DNA from: Adineta vaga
Lineage: Eukaryota; Animalia; Rotifera
NCBI GenBank assembly: GCA_021613535.1
Contig: CP075497.1
Span: 8,556,001 to 8,620,000 of the forward strand
DNA: 64,000 nt
Direction: 5' to 3'
In this document: piece after piece, positions 15,424 through 30,409 of the stretch
How the letters are laid out: the number at the start of each line of letters is the position of its first letter
Numbering within the stretch: position 1 is the first letter of the stretch
Notes under the pieces: generated by a model
Seen by the model: only the letters and a program-made list of their open reading frames with translations
What the model was told of the DNA's origin: nothing
The model's database searches: none
Translations under genes and position numbers: made by a program

Positions 15424-16207
15424 ATGCATTCATCGTCATTAATTCTTTTTGCTGTGGTTTTAATCATTGCATTACAGAGTTTACCGATATCCGGTAAAGC
15501 TGTAAAATCAACAGCAACAACAACCACAACCACACTTGCACCTGCAACAACAAAACTTGTAGCAGTAGTTAAAGTTCCTGAAAAAGCAATAGTGAAACCA
15601 GCTGGTAAAGTTTCCAAAAAGAAACCAAAGAAACCAAAGAAGAAAAGGTATTGATCTTACACTTTGAAATACACTAGAACATTTTATTTAGTTTAAAAAT
15701 AAAAGCGATGTATATTTTATTATAGTGTGCTAGTTTTAATAGGAAAACTTCTCCTTTCTTTTGCCTTTAGTAAAAAACCAAAACAAAGTCCATGGAAAGT
15801 GCCGGATGCTGATCAAAAGAAGCTGTTCAATGATGTGAATATGTCATTTTCCTATTATTTAATAGAAAATTTATTCTTTTGTTTAGTATAAAACGATTTT
15901 ACGTGCAAAACTCAATGCTCGTCACCAAAATATTTCGGCAACATATCAATTAGAACCAGTGAAATATGGTTCACAAACGGTTGAGAAATCAATTTTACAT
16001 CACTTTTTGGTATGCAATGAATCGAAGAGTATAAAAATGTGGTTTTGATATTTAAAATAATATTTTTAGATAAAATTACCCGATTCCAAATATGCTCATG
16101 CAATTATTGGTACAGAAAAGGATGCAAAGAAACCGGCTGTAGCAAGTGAACATAGTGCTTCAATTCGTCGTACAATTTATGATAATCTTCAAGCTGCTGA
16201 AGCCTAA
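15424..16207 (+). CDS. Secreted Thr/Lys-rich protein with C-terminal stefin (type-1 cystatin)-like domain, 4 exons
   Basis: Exons 15424-15647, 15771-15834, 15887-16009 and 16070-16207 splice in frame. They give a signal peptide, TTTTTT, KKKPKKPKKKSKKPK, then ...LEPVKYGSQTVEKSILHHFLIKLPDSKYAHAII, which aligns by eye with the stefin KAVSFKSQVVAGTNYFIKV..FVHLRV. TATA at ~15290. Confidence 0.65.
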
Positions 16208-17027
16208 AGAACTTCATATATTTGCTAAAATAAAAAACAGTGACATCGTTCTATTCTTCCCTGTTTGCGCTTTTTTTCCTTATTTCCACATCTACACATT
16301 ATATTTTCTCTTTTCTTGCGTTTGACACACTCGAATTAGAATCGTCGTTGGTTCTTTTTTTTGCGCTCTGGTTTATGTGTTCGGAGAAGAAAAAGAAGAA
16401 GAAAAATATAGAAAATGAGCACTGTGCTTATGTAAGTATGGAGAAAAAGAACTTTTTTTTTCTATGGAGCAGTGCCGTAAGAAAAGAATCCTGATGTTGT
16501 TATATGAGAAGAAAAAAAACGTTGCTAGCACAAAGACGAGAAGAATTGTTGGGTGATCAAGGGAAAAGTGTAAGTCATTGTTAAATGAAAATCAAATGAT
16601 ATTTATAGAAAATATCTACAGGTAAGATGTATGTATATAGATAGATAGATATTTCCCAAAAAAGAGATGGTTTTTTTTTGTTCGTTGAATCTCTTAGCTT
16701 GACAGATCAACAAATAATGACTATCAGAGACAAATGGCAACGGAAATCACTAAGCAGGAAATGGATGGGAGGGCATCTGTAGATCGAGAAAAACAAAAGA
16801 GAATGCACCGTTGATGATGAAGATACAAGAGCTGGAAGGCAAAGAAAAATGCTTAAAAAGATGATTTAATAATTTTTCCACTTATCAACATAGTTATTTA
16901 GTTTTTCATGACAATCAGCAATATTAAATAAAAGAAAAAGTCCGAATACTTTATTGCCTAGATTTATTTTGTTTTGATCATGAATCATTTAGGTTGAAGA
17001 AGTTATTTCGGATCTAGATCAACTTCT

Positions 17028-17051
17028 TATATATATATATATATATATATA
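17028..17051. repeat. (TA)n microsatellite
   Basis: Direct read. Confidence 0.9.
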
Positions 17052-20000
17052 AATTTGTAGGCTAAGAAATAAGAATCGATTTATTAGTTTTTTGATTATG
17101 TGAAAGAAAATTTGCAGAAAAAAGAACGAGGTGTTAATTGTTTGTGCACAAATCATATTGGTGCACACTTGGGTATAAACGACGATCTCGTTTATTTTTG
17201 TTAAGCTTATGATCATCATTTTGAAGTAAATCTTCAATGTTGTTAAACTATTTGTCGTCGATCTGATCGCTTCATATAATTCAGCAATAGCACATAATCG
17301 GAACTACTTAAAACAAATTAACATTTTTTTTCTCTTTTTTTCCTACTCTAGTATTCGTCGTTTTCTTTTCTGTTCTCTATCGCGCTTTCTGGCCAAGTCG
17401 AATTTGATTAGGATCTGAACGTTGACTACATAGGCCCGTTTTTTTTTAATTTCAGCACGAACAGGCCATCCATCCTCGGAGAATAGCTCGCCGTCGCCCG
17501 TTGTCATCATTGTTGTTTCTCTTATGCTTGTCTCTTTCTTACATTCGCGGGCGCGCGCGCGACTGCGTTGCTTTCTTCTTTACTGACTGCAATAAAAAAA
17601 AGTGAAGCAATAGAATGCTATTGTTTTGTTTTATTCTTATGTTCTACTTCTAACTAGCTGACTGAATGGAATACATGCATATGACAATTCTATTCAGACT
17701 TCGTTCGACGTAGTAGTATTACTGCTTTCTACTTCTACATCATTCATTAATTTTTTATTGATCATCTTCTCCTGGTCTTCAGTTTATATTCTACTCCATT
17801 TTATTCTTCTACTTCTTGTTTCTCTCTCTCTCTCTCTCTCTCTCTTTTCGTTCAGCATTGTTATTCTTTCACTTTCCCTCTTTTTCATCAATAAGAGTAG
17901 AGTAGTTGGGTATGCATTGCTCTTCGCATGCACGTCCTGTCTGTGTATGTGTAGCCATTAGAATCTAATAATTGTATTCCGCTTTGAATTATAGATCTAC
18001 AGGAGTACAACGAACAGAAAAAATACAAATGTAAATTCTATAAAAGAAACCAAACACAATCGTCTCTTCAGTTCTTTTTACATTGATATATAGATTTCCA
18101 GTTTATTTTGTTTCTTTTACTACATATGATGATCAAATATCCATGTATGTATGTTCTGACATTCTTGTGCTGTTATTACAGAAAGATACCACTTGAAAGT
18201 CAATTTGTGAAAAAGAAAAGAGAAGATTGCGTGTCTATGATCATGAAGTGAAGGGAAGAAGAGAAAGTAGAGGGAGGATGGGAGGGAGACCGACAGATCG
18301 GTTTTTCTTCTTCGTCGTCCTCTGCTGCTTCCCTTCTATCATCTATTCGATTCTGAGAATGCGACAAAATGCAAATCAAGTCACGTTCTCAGAACGTTCA
18401 TCGCCAAATGTAGGAACAATTGAACTAATTGTTTTTACTAAAACTTTCGTTGAAATCAATATTAAGTATGATTTTAACTATATTTTTTTATTTACTTAAA
18501 CGAGAAACCTGACCCTGAAACATTTTGATGATAGATAGTATTGATCGTCGAGTATACAATTTCTGTCAATAGAAAATCACCATGACGTTTTCTTACATTT
18601 ATTTTATATATATATATATGTCTATCGAATAGTCTATAAGAACATGACAGATTAATCTTTTCTTTTCTTCCTTTTTTTCTTGGCTTTTTTTTAAAGACAA
18701 TTTTATCTAATTCATCTTGAAATATTAATAAAAAATTCGTTGTGATTAAAGTATATCGATCGATGGATTATAATTGAAGATTGTCTATATAAACTTCCGT
18801 CTCCTTGTCTATTAGTAATTCATTTATATTGACAGTAAGCTTTTTTTGTTAAAAAAAGAAAAGTATTCGTTATTTCTCACTCAACGAGATAGAAACTTGT
18901 TATTAGCTTATTCAAATGTTAGGCAAATATTTTGATCTTTAGTTACAAAACTATCACGATCGAAGCATGACTCGATGATGATAATCAAACATTAAACTTT
19001 CCATATTAAACACCATGTTGGTGAAAACTTTATAAGATAAACCTGACATCATAGGCAAGATAAAGTTTTATAAATCATTTTCTTGAGTTAATCTAAGAAG
19101 ATTCAGCGGACTTATATTTGTGAAAAGAAAAAAGAGAACCGAATGACATCTGATAAAAAATCTTAAATATAGACTTTTTCTCATTGATTAACCGGTTGCT
19201 ATTGTTCTGTATAAGGAAAATGTTGAATAACAAAGAGAAACTTTTTCTTTAGATGTCTTGAGAATTATCCATCAAGGACTTATAGTCCTGATTGGTAGCG
19301 CCATCTAAAGGAATTTATTACAAATCCCAGGGCGAAGATGTTTTTTTCTGTTAATAAATTGTTGAATCTAAAAGAACGTTTGTTTTTCGAATCTTTTCTT
19401 TTTCTTGTCTATATTTAATAAAACTTATCTATCTCTTTATATATAGATACATAATATTTCTTCAAATCAATTGCCTGATCTTTGCTTGTGTCTTCTGTTT
19501 TTGTTTTGATAGTAAATGAGAAGAAAAGCTTTCCGTATCCTTCAATGTTCTATTTACAGATTCACTAGTTATTTTCGTGTCTCTATGTCCTTTAATCAAT
19601 GAAAATAAATTAGTCACAAGTGTATTTCTCATTGTGTAAAATTTTCTTTTTGAACAATAATCGGAAATGGAACGGATTATGTGCACGCATTCTCAATTCC
19701 CCTGTTCATACACTTCGTTATTAAGGTTTCTTCTTTTTCTATTTCTTCTTTTTTTCTTCTTCTCTGTATTATCAACATTGTCCTTGTCGAACAGAATTGT
19801 GAGAAGAAAGATAGATTCATTCATTGCGAGAATCGACGATCTGTGACATACATCAACACACATTAATCGAATCGCGAAGGATGTCGAACGAATGGAGAGC
19901 TTTTCATCGTGTCATTGTCAATTGAGAGAATAATCGATTTGCAAGATAACAACTACAAGTAAAAGAGAAAAAATGCTGTTGTTGCTTGTTTATTGTGTTT

Positions 20001-20103
20001 CTTTCTTTTTTTCCCATTAATATCTAAATATTGTTGATGGGTAGGAGGAGAAGAGCGATCGTTCGCGCTCACTCAGTACCTTGTTGATGATGTGAAAAGG
20101 AAA

Positions 20104-20133
20104 AAAGAAAGAAAGAAAGAAAGAAAGAAAGAA
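20104..20133. repeat. (AAAG)n microsatellite
   Basis: Direct read. Confidence 0.9.
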
Positions 20134-20893
20134 TAGATGGATAAATGTAAGAGAGCAAAACTTTTGCTGTTATAACAAGCTGCCATACACATTCATACAT
20201 GCTCCTGTAACAACAACACCATCAGAATCGACGACGAAGCAAAAACAAATGCAAAGAGAAGAAAAAGAATATTTCCTGCTTTCCTTCGGTTTTTTTCTTT
20301 TCTCTCTGTCTCTCTCTTAGGCCCTTCGCATTTTTCTTTCTTCATCTGACAGTAGAAAAAAAAACGCTTGATGATAAATGAATTTCTTCGAGTCTATTCC
20401 GTCGACGTGCTGCACACACACACACATCATACCATACTATCCAAAAAAAAGAAAAGAAGAAGGAAAAGAACATCGTTTCGCGTTTGTGCAAAGAAGAGAA
20501 AGGAAGAAAGAAAGAAAGAAAGCAGGAAATCTATTTTCATGCCCCAATGGACGATATGCGGTCCTGTCTAACTCCCTTCTCTCACTTTCTAAACGCGTGT
20601 ATGCAGGTGTCTTTATCGACAGCCTTGTTAAGACGAAGAAGGACAAACAGTAATACAATCCGACGTGTATAATCGATGACTATGATTTGTTTCTTTCGTT
20701 GATTCATGTTTTGTCGATTTTTCTTTCTCAATTATTATTATTATTTTTCTAGATCTATTTTTTATCCAGTAGATATTTTTTCGTCTTGTCATGCTACTAT
20801 ATCATCGGTCAATTATATTTGAAATAGAACAAAGAATATTAATGTTATTAAAACCTATGACATCATCTTTCTTCTTATCTTGATGGATAGGCC

Positions 20894-23625
<2,732 letters not shown>

Positions 23626-24402
23626 AGAGAAATTATTTTTCACAGTCTTCTTTTCTATTGAACATTCAAAAATAATTTAAGCGTGAATTGTTTGCATTCA
23701 CTGATATAAATACGTTTAATTAGAAACATGATCTTTTGATCATTTTTCAGTTTCTTTTCTCTCTTTTTTTTTTGTATAAAGTCAACTGACTATGTTTTTT
23801 TGTCTATTTCTATCTCTTTCTTTCTCTCTCTCTCTCTTTCTCTTTCTCTTATTTCTTTGTTCGCATGCGCGTGTCTAACTCTTTTCGTGATAAAACCAAA
23901 AAAACAAAATATATATTTTATTGTCGTCTAAAGGAAAAAAAATGGATACCGTTTGTCAAAACAAGATTTCTCTTCAATATTGTCCTGCGTATTTGCTTGC
24001 GTCCGCGTTTCTCTCTTCTGTTTCCTATTCACTTACATTTGCTCCGACGCTTATCATCACACCTATGAAGCTCGATGCGTTTTTTTCCTATGTTTGTTTG
24101 TTGTGAGCTATAAAATTCCCTCTTCACTTTTAATTCAAAAGAAAATATTATGACGACAATAACATGCATGACGAGAACGTCTCGGGTTTTTCTTCTTTAC
24201 TTACAATTAAAAAAACAATAACTATTTATTTGGTTTCCTCGAAAAAAAAATAAAAAAGCTTCTCTGAAAGAAAAAGTTCTGATTTTCTTTTTTACCACAG
24301 CAGTTGGCCACATTCACTGAGGTGTTCACAGAAATAGTGAGGAGAAGAAGGAACAAATCTACCTCTACATATATACTGCTTTTCATCTTTTTGTATATTC
24401 AT

Positions 24403-26008
24403 ATGACTGATCGAAATAATAATCCATCGTGTTGTAAATGTTCCACGACATCAATTGCAATTTGTGCTACTTGTAATCATCGTTTTTGTTGGCAACATTT
24501 TGGACAACATTGTGAAACATACATAAGATATTTGGATGATACAAATCAACCATTATCCGTATGTCTTGATGAATTTGAATTGATTGAAAATAAATTGCGT
24601 GCTGATATCGATGCATGGGTTAGGGAAACAATTGAGGAAGTACATAAATCAGCCAATCAAGCTCGACATTCATTGGATGCTCATATAAATAGTTATCGAG
24701 CACATTTCAATGATGAATCAATGCATCTTCGTGATATCGCATTATTAACAAATCGTGATGCTTTGATTAGTCGTTTAGAAAAATTACAACTTGAATATGA
24801 ACGTTCATTAAAAGAGTTACGTTTAGTAAAAATTTACGATCGAGGACAAATGCTAGATATTGAAACAATCAATCCAACAAGAGAACAATTAACTATCAGA
24901 GGTTCATCCCAAACATATCCACAACAAGCGGATGTTTATATTGCTCAAACAACGCTTGGAGAACGTCTAATACGAGAACCATTAACTAAAATAACTGTTG
25001 GAAGTTTTTGGGCTATGGGTGGTTCTGATCAACATTTACTTTTACAAGAATATGAAAATAAACAATTAACTTAATTTGATTGTCATGGAACACGAGGTGT
25101 ATCAATGACATGGCATTATGATTTAGCTGTAAGTTCTAACATTCGATTTCTCATTTTCTTAATTGATTCATAATTCAATCGAGATCTCTTTGTTCTCAAT
25201 GACTTTGACATAGATTTTTGTTTTGTTCGTCTTTTCTCTTGGGCATTTTCGATATGAAAATGAATGTGAATATTGACATCTATGTCATTTTATGGATTGC
25301 AATATAATGGATTGAAATTAACTAGGTTACTCTTTCGATATTATCTTATTTTTGTCCTCTTTTTTTTAATAGATTCGAGATATCGTTTGGTATGAAGAAT
25401 CTCAACGTTTCTTTCTTCTTTTGGATAAAAAATTAATTCTTTTTGATCCAATTTCAAAACATTTTGAAGATATCATACAAGTTAGACCTTATCAATCGAA
25501 TTCATTTCGTCGATGTACTTGTTATCACAATCGATTATTTATTAGTTATTGGGGACAAGAAAGTTCAGTTGAATTAATTCGAATAAGTACATGGGAAACC
25601 GAACAACGTTGGCTAAGTCCCGTAACATGTCATGTCAATGAATTGATTACTTCTATTCGATTAAACTCGAATGATCAACTTGGTTTATGTATTCAAGATG
25701 AAAATAATCCATTGAATCGACAATTTCGCTTTGAAATTCGTGACATTGCATTGAATATTTTGCATATACTACCACTTCTAGTTGATTCAGGTATTTTCTC
25801 ACGAATGATTCCATTACCTGATTTACATTGGGCTTTATTAAATGTCGATGAGAATTTCGTCTTCGTTGTTGATCAACTTGGTAATTTAATTGATAGAATT
25901 GATTGGCCACGTGGACCGATGTCGAACATTGCTTTGGTTGGTTCTAATACTATTGTTATTCGTACAGGAGACAAAGTTTATTTTTATGATGTAAACTTTC
26001 AGATATAA
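24403..26008 (+). pseudogene. B-box + coiled-coil + beta-propeller(NHL)-like protein with one in-frame TAA (pseudogene allele or sequence error)
   Basis: CCKC..CATC..CWQHFGQH B-box, then a coiled coil. TAA at 25072-25074 is followed by an open frame to a GTAAGT donor at 25129. Intron 25129-25372 joins in phase to the 25373-26008 beta-rich exon. Confidence 0.65.
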
Positions 26009-26233
26009 TAATATTTTTTCTTTTTCTAAAGAGAATATTTTACATGAAATGTATTTTTTTTCTTTTGAGAAGAAAATGCCTTGAAGTATCTCATTTCCGG
26101 ACTCGAAGAAGAATCAACTTCACAAACATTTACATACTTCTTTTTCATAAAAAAAATTGAGAAAATCAACAATTTGCAACAAAAGCTTTTTTATTGAAAT
26201 TCTTATTGATCATCGATTTCCATATTGTAAACT

Positions 26234-26506
26234 ATGGATACGAATTTTACATATATTTTAGTCTCATCAACTGGAATATTTTTGGTACTTTTCTTCGTAA
26301 TTTTAACTATTTGGAAAAGATTCGTTCGTCATCGTCGACCTATTGTCCCATATTACAATACACCTCAAATGGCCTTTGTCACTCAAACATATCATCAGCA
26401 ACGACCTTATCAACCAACATGGCCCCCATCATCATCAATCGAACAACCACCACCTTATTACACGGTAATGAATAGTACAACTATGTCACCGTACATCAAA
26501 CAATGA
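26234..26506 (+). CDS. Small single-pass membrane protein with PPxY motif (WW-domain adaptor-like)
   Basis: TM segment GIFLVLFFVILTIW, basic stop-transfer KRFVRHRR, Pro/Tyr/Gln-rich tail with QPPPYY; AATAAA ~26555. Confidence 0.7.
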   Translation: MDTNFTYILVSSTGIFLVLFFVILTIWKRFVRHRRPIVPYYNTPQMAFVTQTYHQQRPYQPTWPPSSSIEQPPPYYTVMNSTTMSPYIKQ

Positions 26507-26618
26507 TTTTCTTTTTCCTCGAACAAATGAGAAGATGTTTTATTTACTATTGAGAATAAAAAAAAGAACCAGCTAAACAAATAATAAAATCATGCGAACA
26601 ATAAATGCAACTTGTTTG

Positions 26619-27911
26619 TTAAACAGTTTCTGTCAAAGTTAATTTTCGTTGAATAGTTAACGAATCATTTCGCTTTTTGAATTCAATTTCTTTGATTCTC
26701 ATTTCATTATTTGATTTGTCTTGTTCACGTGTTATGATTGACGCAATCGATAATGGTAAAAGACGTACGGAAACATTGGCATTGTGACAACTAATTAAAA
26801 ATTGCCATGGAAAAGGACAGGTACGTTTATCGATAGGAAGTTTATTTTTATATGTTTGCCGTGAATGCCAAAAGTAAAGTGTTTCCCGATCACAATCAAT
26901 CGTTAATTCAACAAAATCATTTACTTGCATATTACTAAGATATCCATTGAGAACTGGTATAGGTTTTCCACCCATATAAACACTATTATATCCAGTCCAA
27001 CCATGTGAAGATGAATCTGTGTAAGATTTTTCATTAAGCGATGCATTTTTAGAGATAATACCAAAAAAAATCCATTCATTCGCAGGTAAATTTTCGATAC
27101 GAAAGAAAAGTTTATGTTCACCATTAGAATATTCTTTTAATCCACCAATGGATGCATCTTCGTTGCTTGAATCATGAATAATCAAGTGACCCTGATCATG
27201 AATTTTCACATGATTAGATTTAAAATGAAATCGATCATCTTTGTCTAATAAAGAATCGGAATTCTGATTGATGAGTGTTTGTGATTGTCTCTTTTGAAAA
27301 AAAGTTTCAAATGGATTTGTTGAAGTTGATTTAATAGAAACTAAACCAATTGGATTCTGTGATTGTTTAGGTGTTGTAAGATGTGTTCGATCAGGTTGTA
27401 TTTTAATAATTGGCATGACAACAGGTTTATTTCCATGAATACGAACAGTAAACGTGGGTGTTGTAAGAAAATCATGTTTTATATCGCGTAATTCCGTTAC
27501 CCATTGTTTAATATTTCTTTCATCAAATGTTACTTCAGAATTTTCGCATATTTCGTTTAATTTGTTAGTTAATAGTTTTAATTTTTCTTTTAATTCATCG
27601 AGATGAAGTTTAAAGGTATCGTTAAGTGAATGTCGAGCTTCGTTCGCTGTTTGTCGAATTTGTTTTATGGATTCTTCTTCCCATTTATCAATAATTTTTC
27701 TTGATGGATGGTTTCTTTGCATGATCGTCGAAGTTCGATACAATTTTTGAACTAGATCATCATGATCAACTGTTATCCAATCTAACTGTTCGTAAAGTGA
27801 TTGATGATGTTCATCAGCATGTGATTGACAAAAGATTCGATTACATCCATTACAATAAAATCCAGCAAGGTCTTTACACGTACTACATTGCTGTATTATT
27901 GCTCCGTCCAT
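26619..27911 (-). CDS. Intronless B-box + coiled-coil + SPRY/B30.2-like protein (RING-less TRIM-like)
   Basis: CSTC..CNGC..CQSHADEH B-box; coiled coil (IDKWEEESIKQIRQTANEAR); SPRY-like C-terminus (GEHKLFFRIE..WIFFGIIS..HGW..DFVELTIDCDRETL..PWQF). Confidence 0.85.
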   Translation of the reverse strand: MDGAIIQQCSTCKDLAGFYCNGCNRIFCQSHADEHHQSLYEQLDWITVDHDDLVQKLYRTSTIMQRNHPSRKIIDKWEEESIKQIRQTANEARHSLNDTFKLHLDELKEKLKLLTNKLNEICENSEVTFDERNIKQWVTELRDIKHDFLTTPTFTVRIHGNKPVVMPIIKIQPDRTHLTTPKQSQNPIGLVSIKSTSTNPFETFFQKRQSQTLINQNSDSLLDKDDRFHFKSNHVKIHDQGHLIIHDSSNEDASIGGLKEYSNGEHKLFFRIENLPANEWIFFGIISKNASLNEKSYTDSSSHGWTGYNSVYMGGKPIPVLNGYLSNMQVNDFVELTIDCDRETLYFWHSRQTYKNKLPIDKRTCPFPWQFLISCHNANVSVRLLPLSIASIITREQDKSNNEMRIKEIEFKKRNDSLTIQRKLTLTETV

Positions 27912-29466
27912 AATTGATGATGATCAGAACGGTAATGTAATTTTCGTGCAAACTGAAAGTAACAAAGTTGTTTTGAAAAGGCTGTCAAGCTGTTCTGTCT
28001 GTTCTTTTCTTTCTCTACAAATCGATCTCTATTGAATGGGCGAAATGACGAGAGAGAGAGAGAGAGAAAGAGATTGCTCGACAAGAATGAATAAAAAAAA
28101 TAGAATACGTTACCACAGACAAAAAATGGTACGGTAAAAACAATTAAATTAAATATTCAACAAACGTAAAAAAACGAAAAAGTACAATCGACGAAAGAAA
28201 TGTCAACTGGTAGAAGCATGATTTACTATTCAGATGATGAATGAAGAAGGAAATTTACTTCCATAAGTATTATAAAGGGTTGAGAATCTACGTGAGAAGA
28301 CTAACGGACATATTGATTTATTATTTTAGAAATCGATTTGTAAAAACGTATAGTGTTAACATTTTATTATTATAAAAATATTTGTCAACATGCTTTTTTA
28401 CATATCGAAGGTAGATTCTTTTTCTAAACGATGCAAATACTCTCGATAATTGTGTCTTCTTATGCATATCGAATAACAACGCATACATATATAAATAGAA
28501 AGAAACAAGCCTAATAGGAAATTATTTAAAAAGCTATCTAAGGACAAAATTTATCGAACCTAATAAATAATTTGATCTAGGAATAGTTTCTTCTTATTTT
28601 TCTGTTGTCACTTATTTTCAAAATAAAAATCTGACGAAATATCGATGAAACTACAATTAGGAAAAAAAACACACATTGATTATTCGATACAAACTAGTTA
28701 TTGAATTATTCCATATGACAAGACTGTATTCTTTCTTCGTAGATTTCATTTCTCATTAAAATTACTGACAAACAAAAATGAATTTTTTTTGTACAAATAT
28801 GTTTTGGTCAATTTATACAATCGATCATTTAAATTTCAACTATTTACTTAACTACCATACCTTATTCTTAGTGTTGTACTTTATCATTATCCCATTCATT
28901 CAGTAAAAAACATGTTTTTTTTATCACTGACGGCTAAATATCATGCTTCATCATTCTCTGAAAAACTAAACTTAAAAAAATAAATATTAAACTATGACTA
29001 ATCCCATGACGTGTAAATGTAAATATTGCTCAAAAATATAGAACTAAAAAGACTATTATTATTATCATGTACGTCAATAAATTCATATTTAAAAGGGACA
29101 ACAACGACTTTTCTAAGCTATAACCATAGGTATAGTAATGGAGAGTACGAAGAACAATACAACAGAATCGACATCATCCACAGAACAGGTATAAAGAGCA
29201 AATGCAAATATTTTTTCGCGTATTACATCTTGTTTTTCTCCTCTATGTAGAAATAAGCTTGCATTACAAGAACATACCTTCAATTGTATTTAAATATTTA
29301 ATTCTTAATCAAATTAACATAAAACTTCATTAAAAATATTAGTCAGTGCGTGTTTTCAGGTGGCACTATTAACATAAAAAAACATATATTCGATTTTTTT
29401 CGATCATTACATGCATAAGTACATGATTCACTAATATTTATCCTCTTTAAATGATACAGCACTTCA

Positions 29467-29970
29467 ATGGCACATAAAAATACAAAATCTGGACAAAAAG
29501 ATACACAAATTATGTCGTTGTAAGTCTATTAAAACTTTTTTTTACAAATTCTACAATTCATTCCGTATCTTTCAGTGAAAAGGAATCGAAATCACGTGAT
29601 CATTTAAGATTATCCGTCACTCCGAGTGATAAGCTTCCTGAAAGTCCAGCTGAACGTTATATTCTCTCTCGTTCACAAATGTTGAACAATTCACAAGATA
29701 TTTCTCCCGAAACGCCTTCACCAATTGCTAGTACAACTCTCAAGTCACTTCGATCTCCAATGAACCATAGTGAATGGATGCAAAATTGGCATCAACAACA
29801 AACTAATAACTTATATAAAAAACGAAAACATGGATATGTTTATGGACCACCACCAGCATCCTCATCATTCATCATCGGTCATGCTCTTATCTTCGCCAAT
29901 GTATTCGACATCATCGAATAGATCTATGGCATCTCAATCCCCATTCACAATGAATAAATCAAGAAAATAA
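29467..29970 (+). CDS. Hypothetical low-complexity Ser/Pro-rich protein, 2 coding exons; C-terminus ambiguous (stop 29921 or 29970)
   Basis: MAHKNTKSGQKDTQIMS splices via a GTAAGT..TTTCAG intron into an open frame (EKESKSRDHLRLSVTPSDKLPESPAERY...). Confidence 0.5.
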
Positions 29971-30409
29971 TTATTTGAAGATTGTGGGCAATCTGATAAG
30001 AAACATGTTTTTGCGATTGATTGATATTTATTAATCCTGTTGACGTGTTTAAGTCACTTGAAGATTGTTTTTTTAATGCAAGCTTTCATTCTTTTCTGTT
30101 TTTATCCTTTATTCTCATAGACATCTGTTCTTTCTTCTCATCCAGAAGATTAATCATCAATCTATGTAATTGATTTAAAAAAAAACCTTTCCTATTGATT
30201 GTATCTATTCGATTGAAAATATACTTTAAAAAGTCGAGATAATAAACTTTTATTTGACATTGGAAAATATACTAGAAGATTTTAGATGTTACTCTTCGGA
30301 GAAATAAATGCGAAAACCATGATTTGCAAACGTGAGATGTATTTGTCCTAAGACAAATAAATTTTACAAAAAAATAGATAAAATAAAATACAATTGATGA
30401 AGATAAAAG

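Noticed and set aside
16240-20672. Numerous Phe/Leu- or Lys/Arg-rich short ORFs
   Set aside because: They arise from CT/GA microsatellites and poly-T/A tracts in regulatory or UTR DNA.
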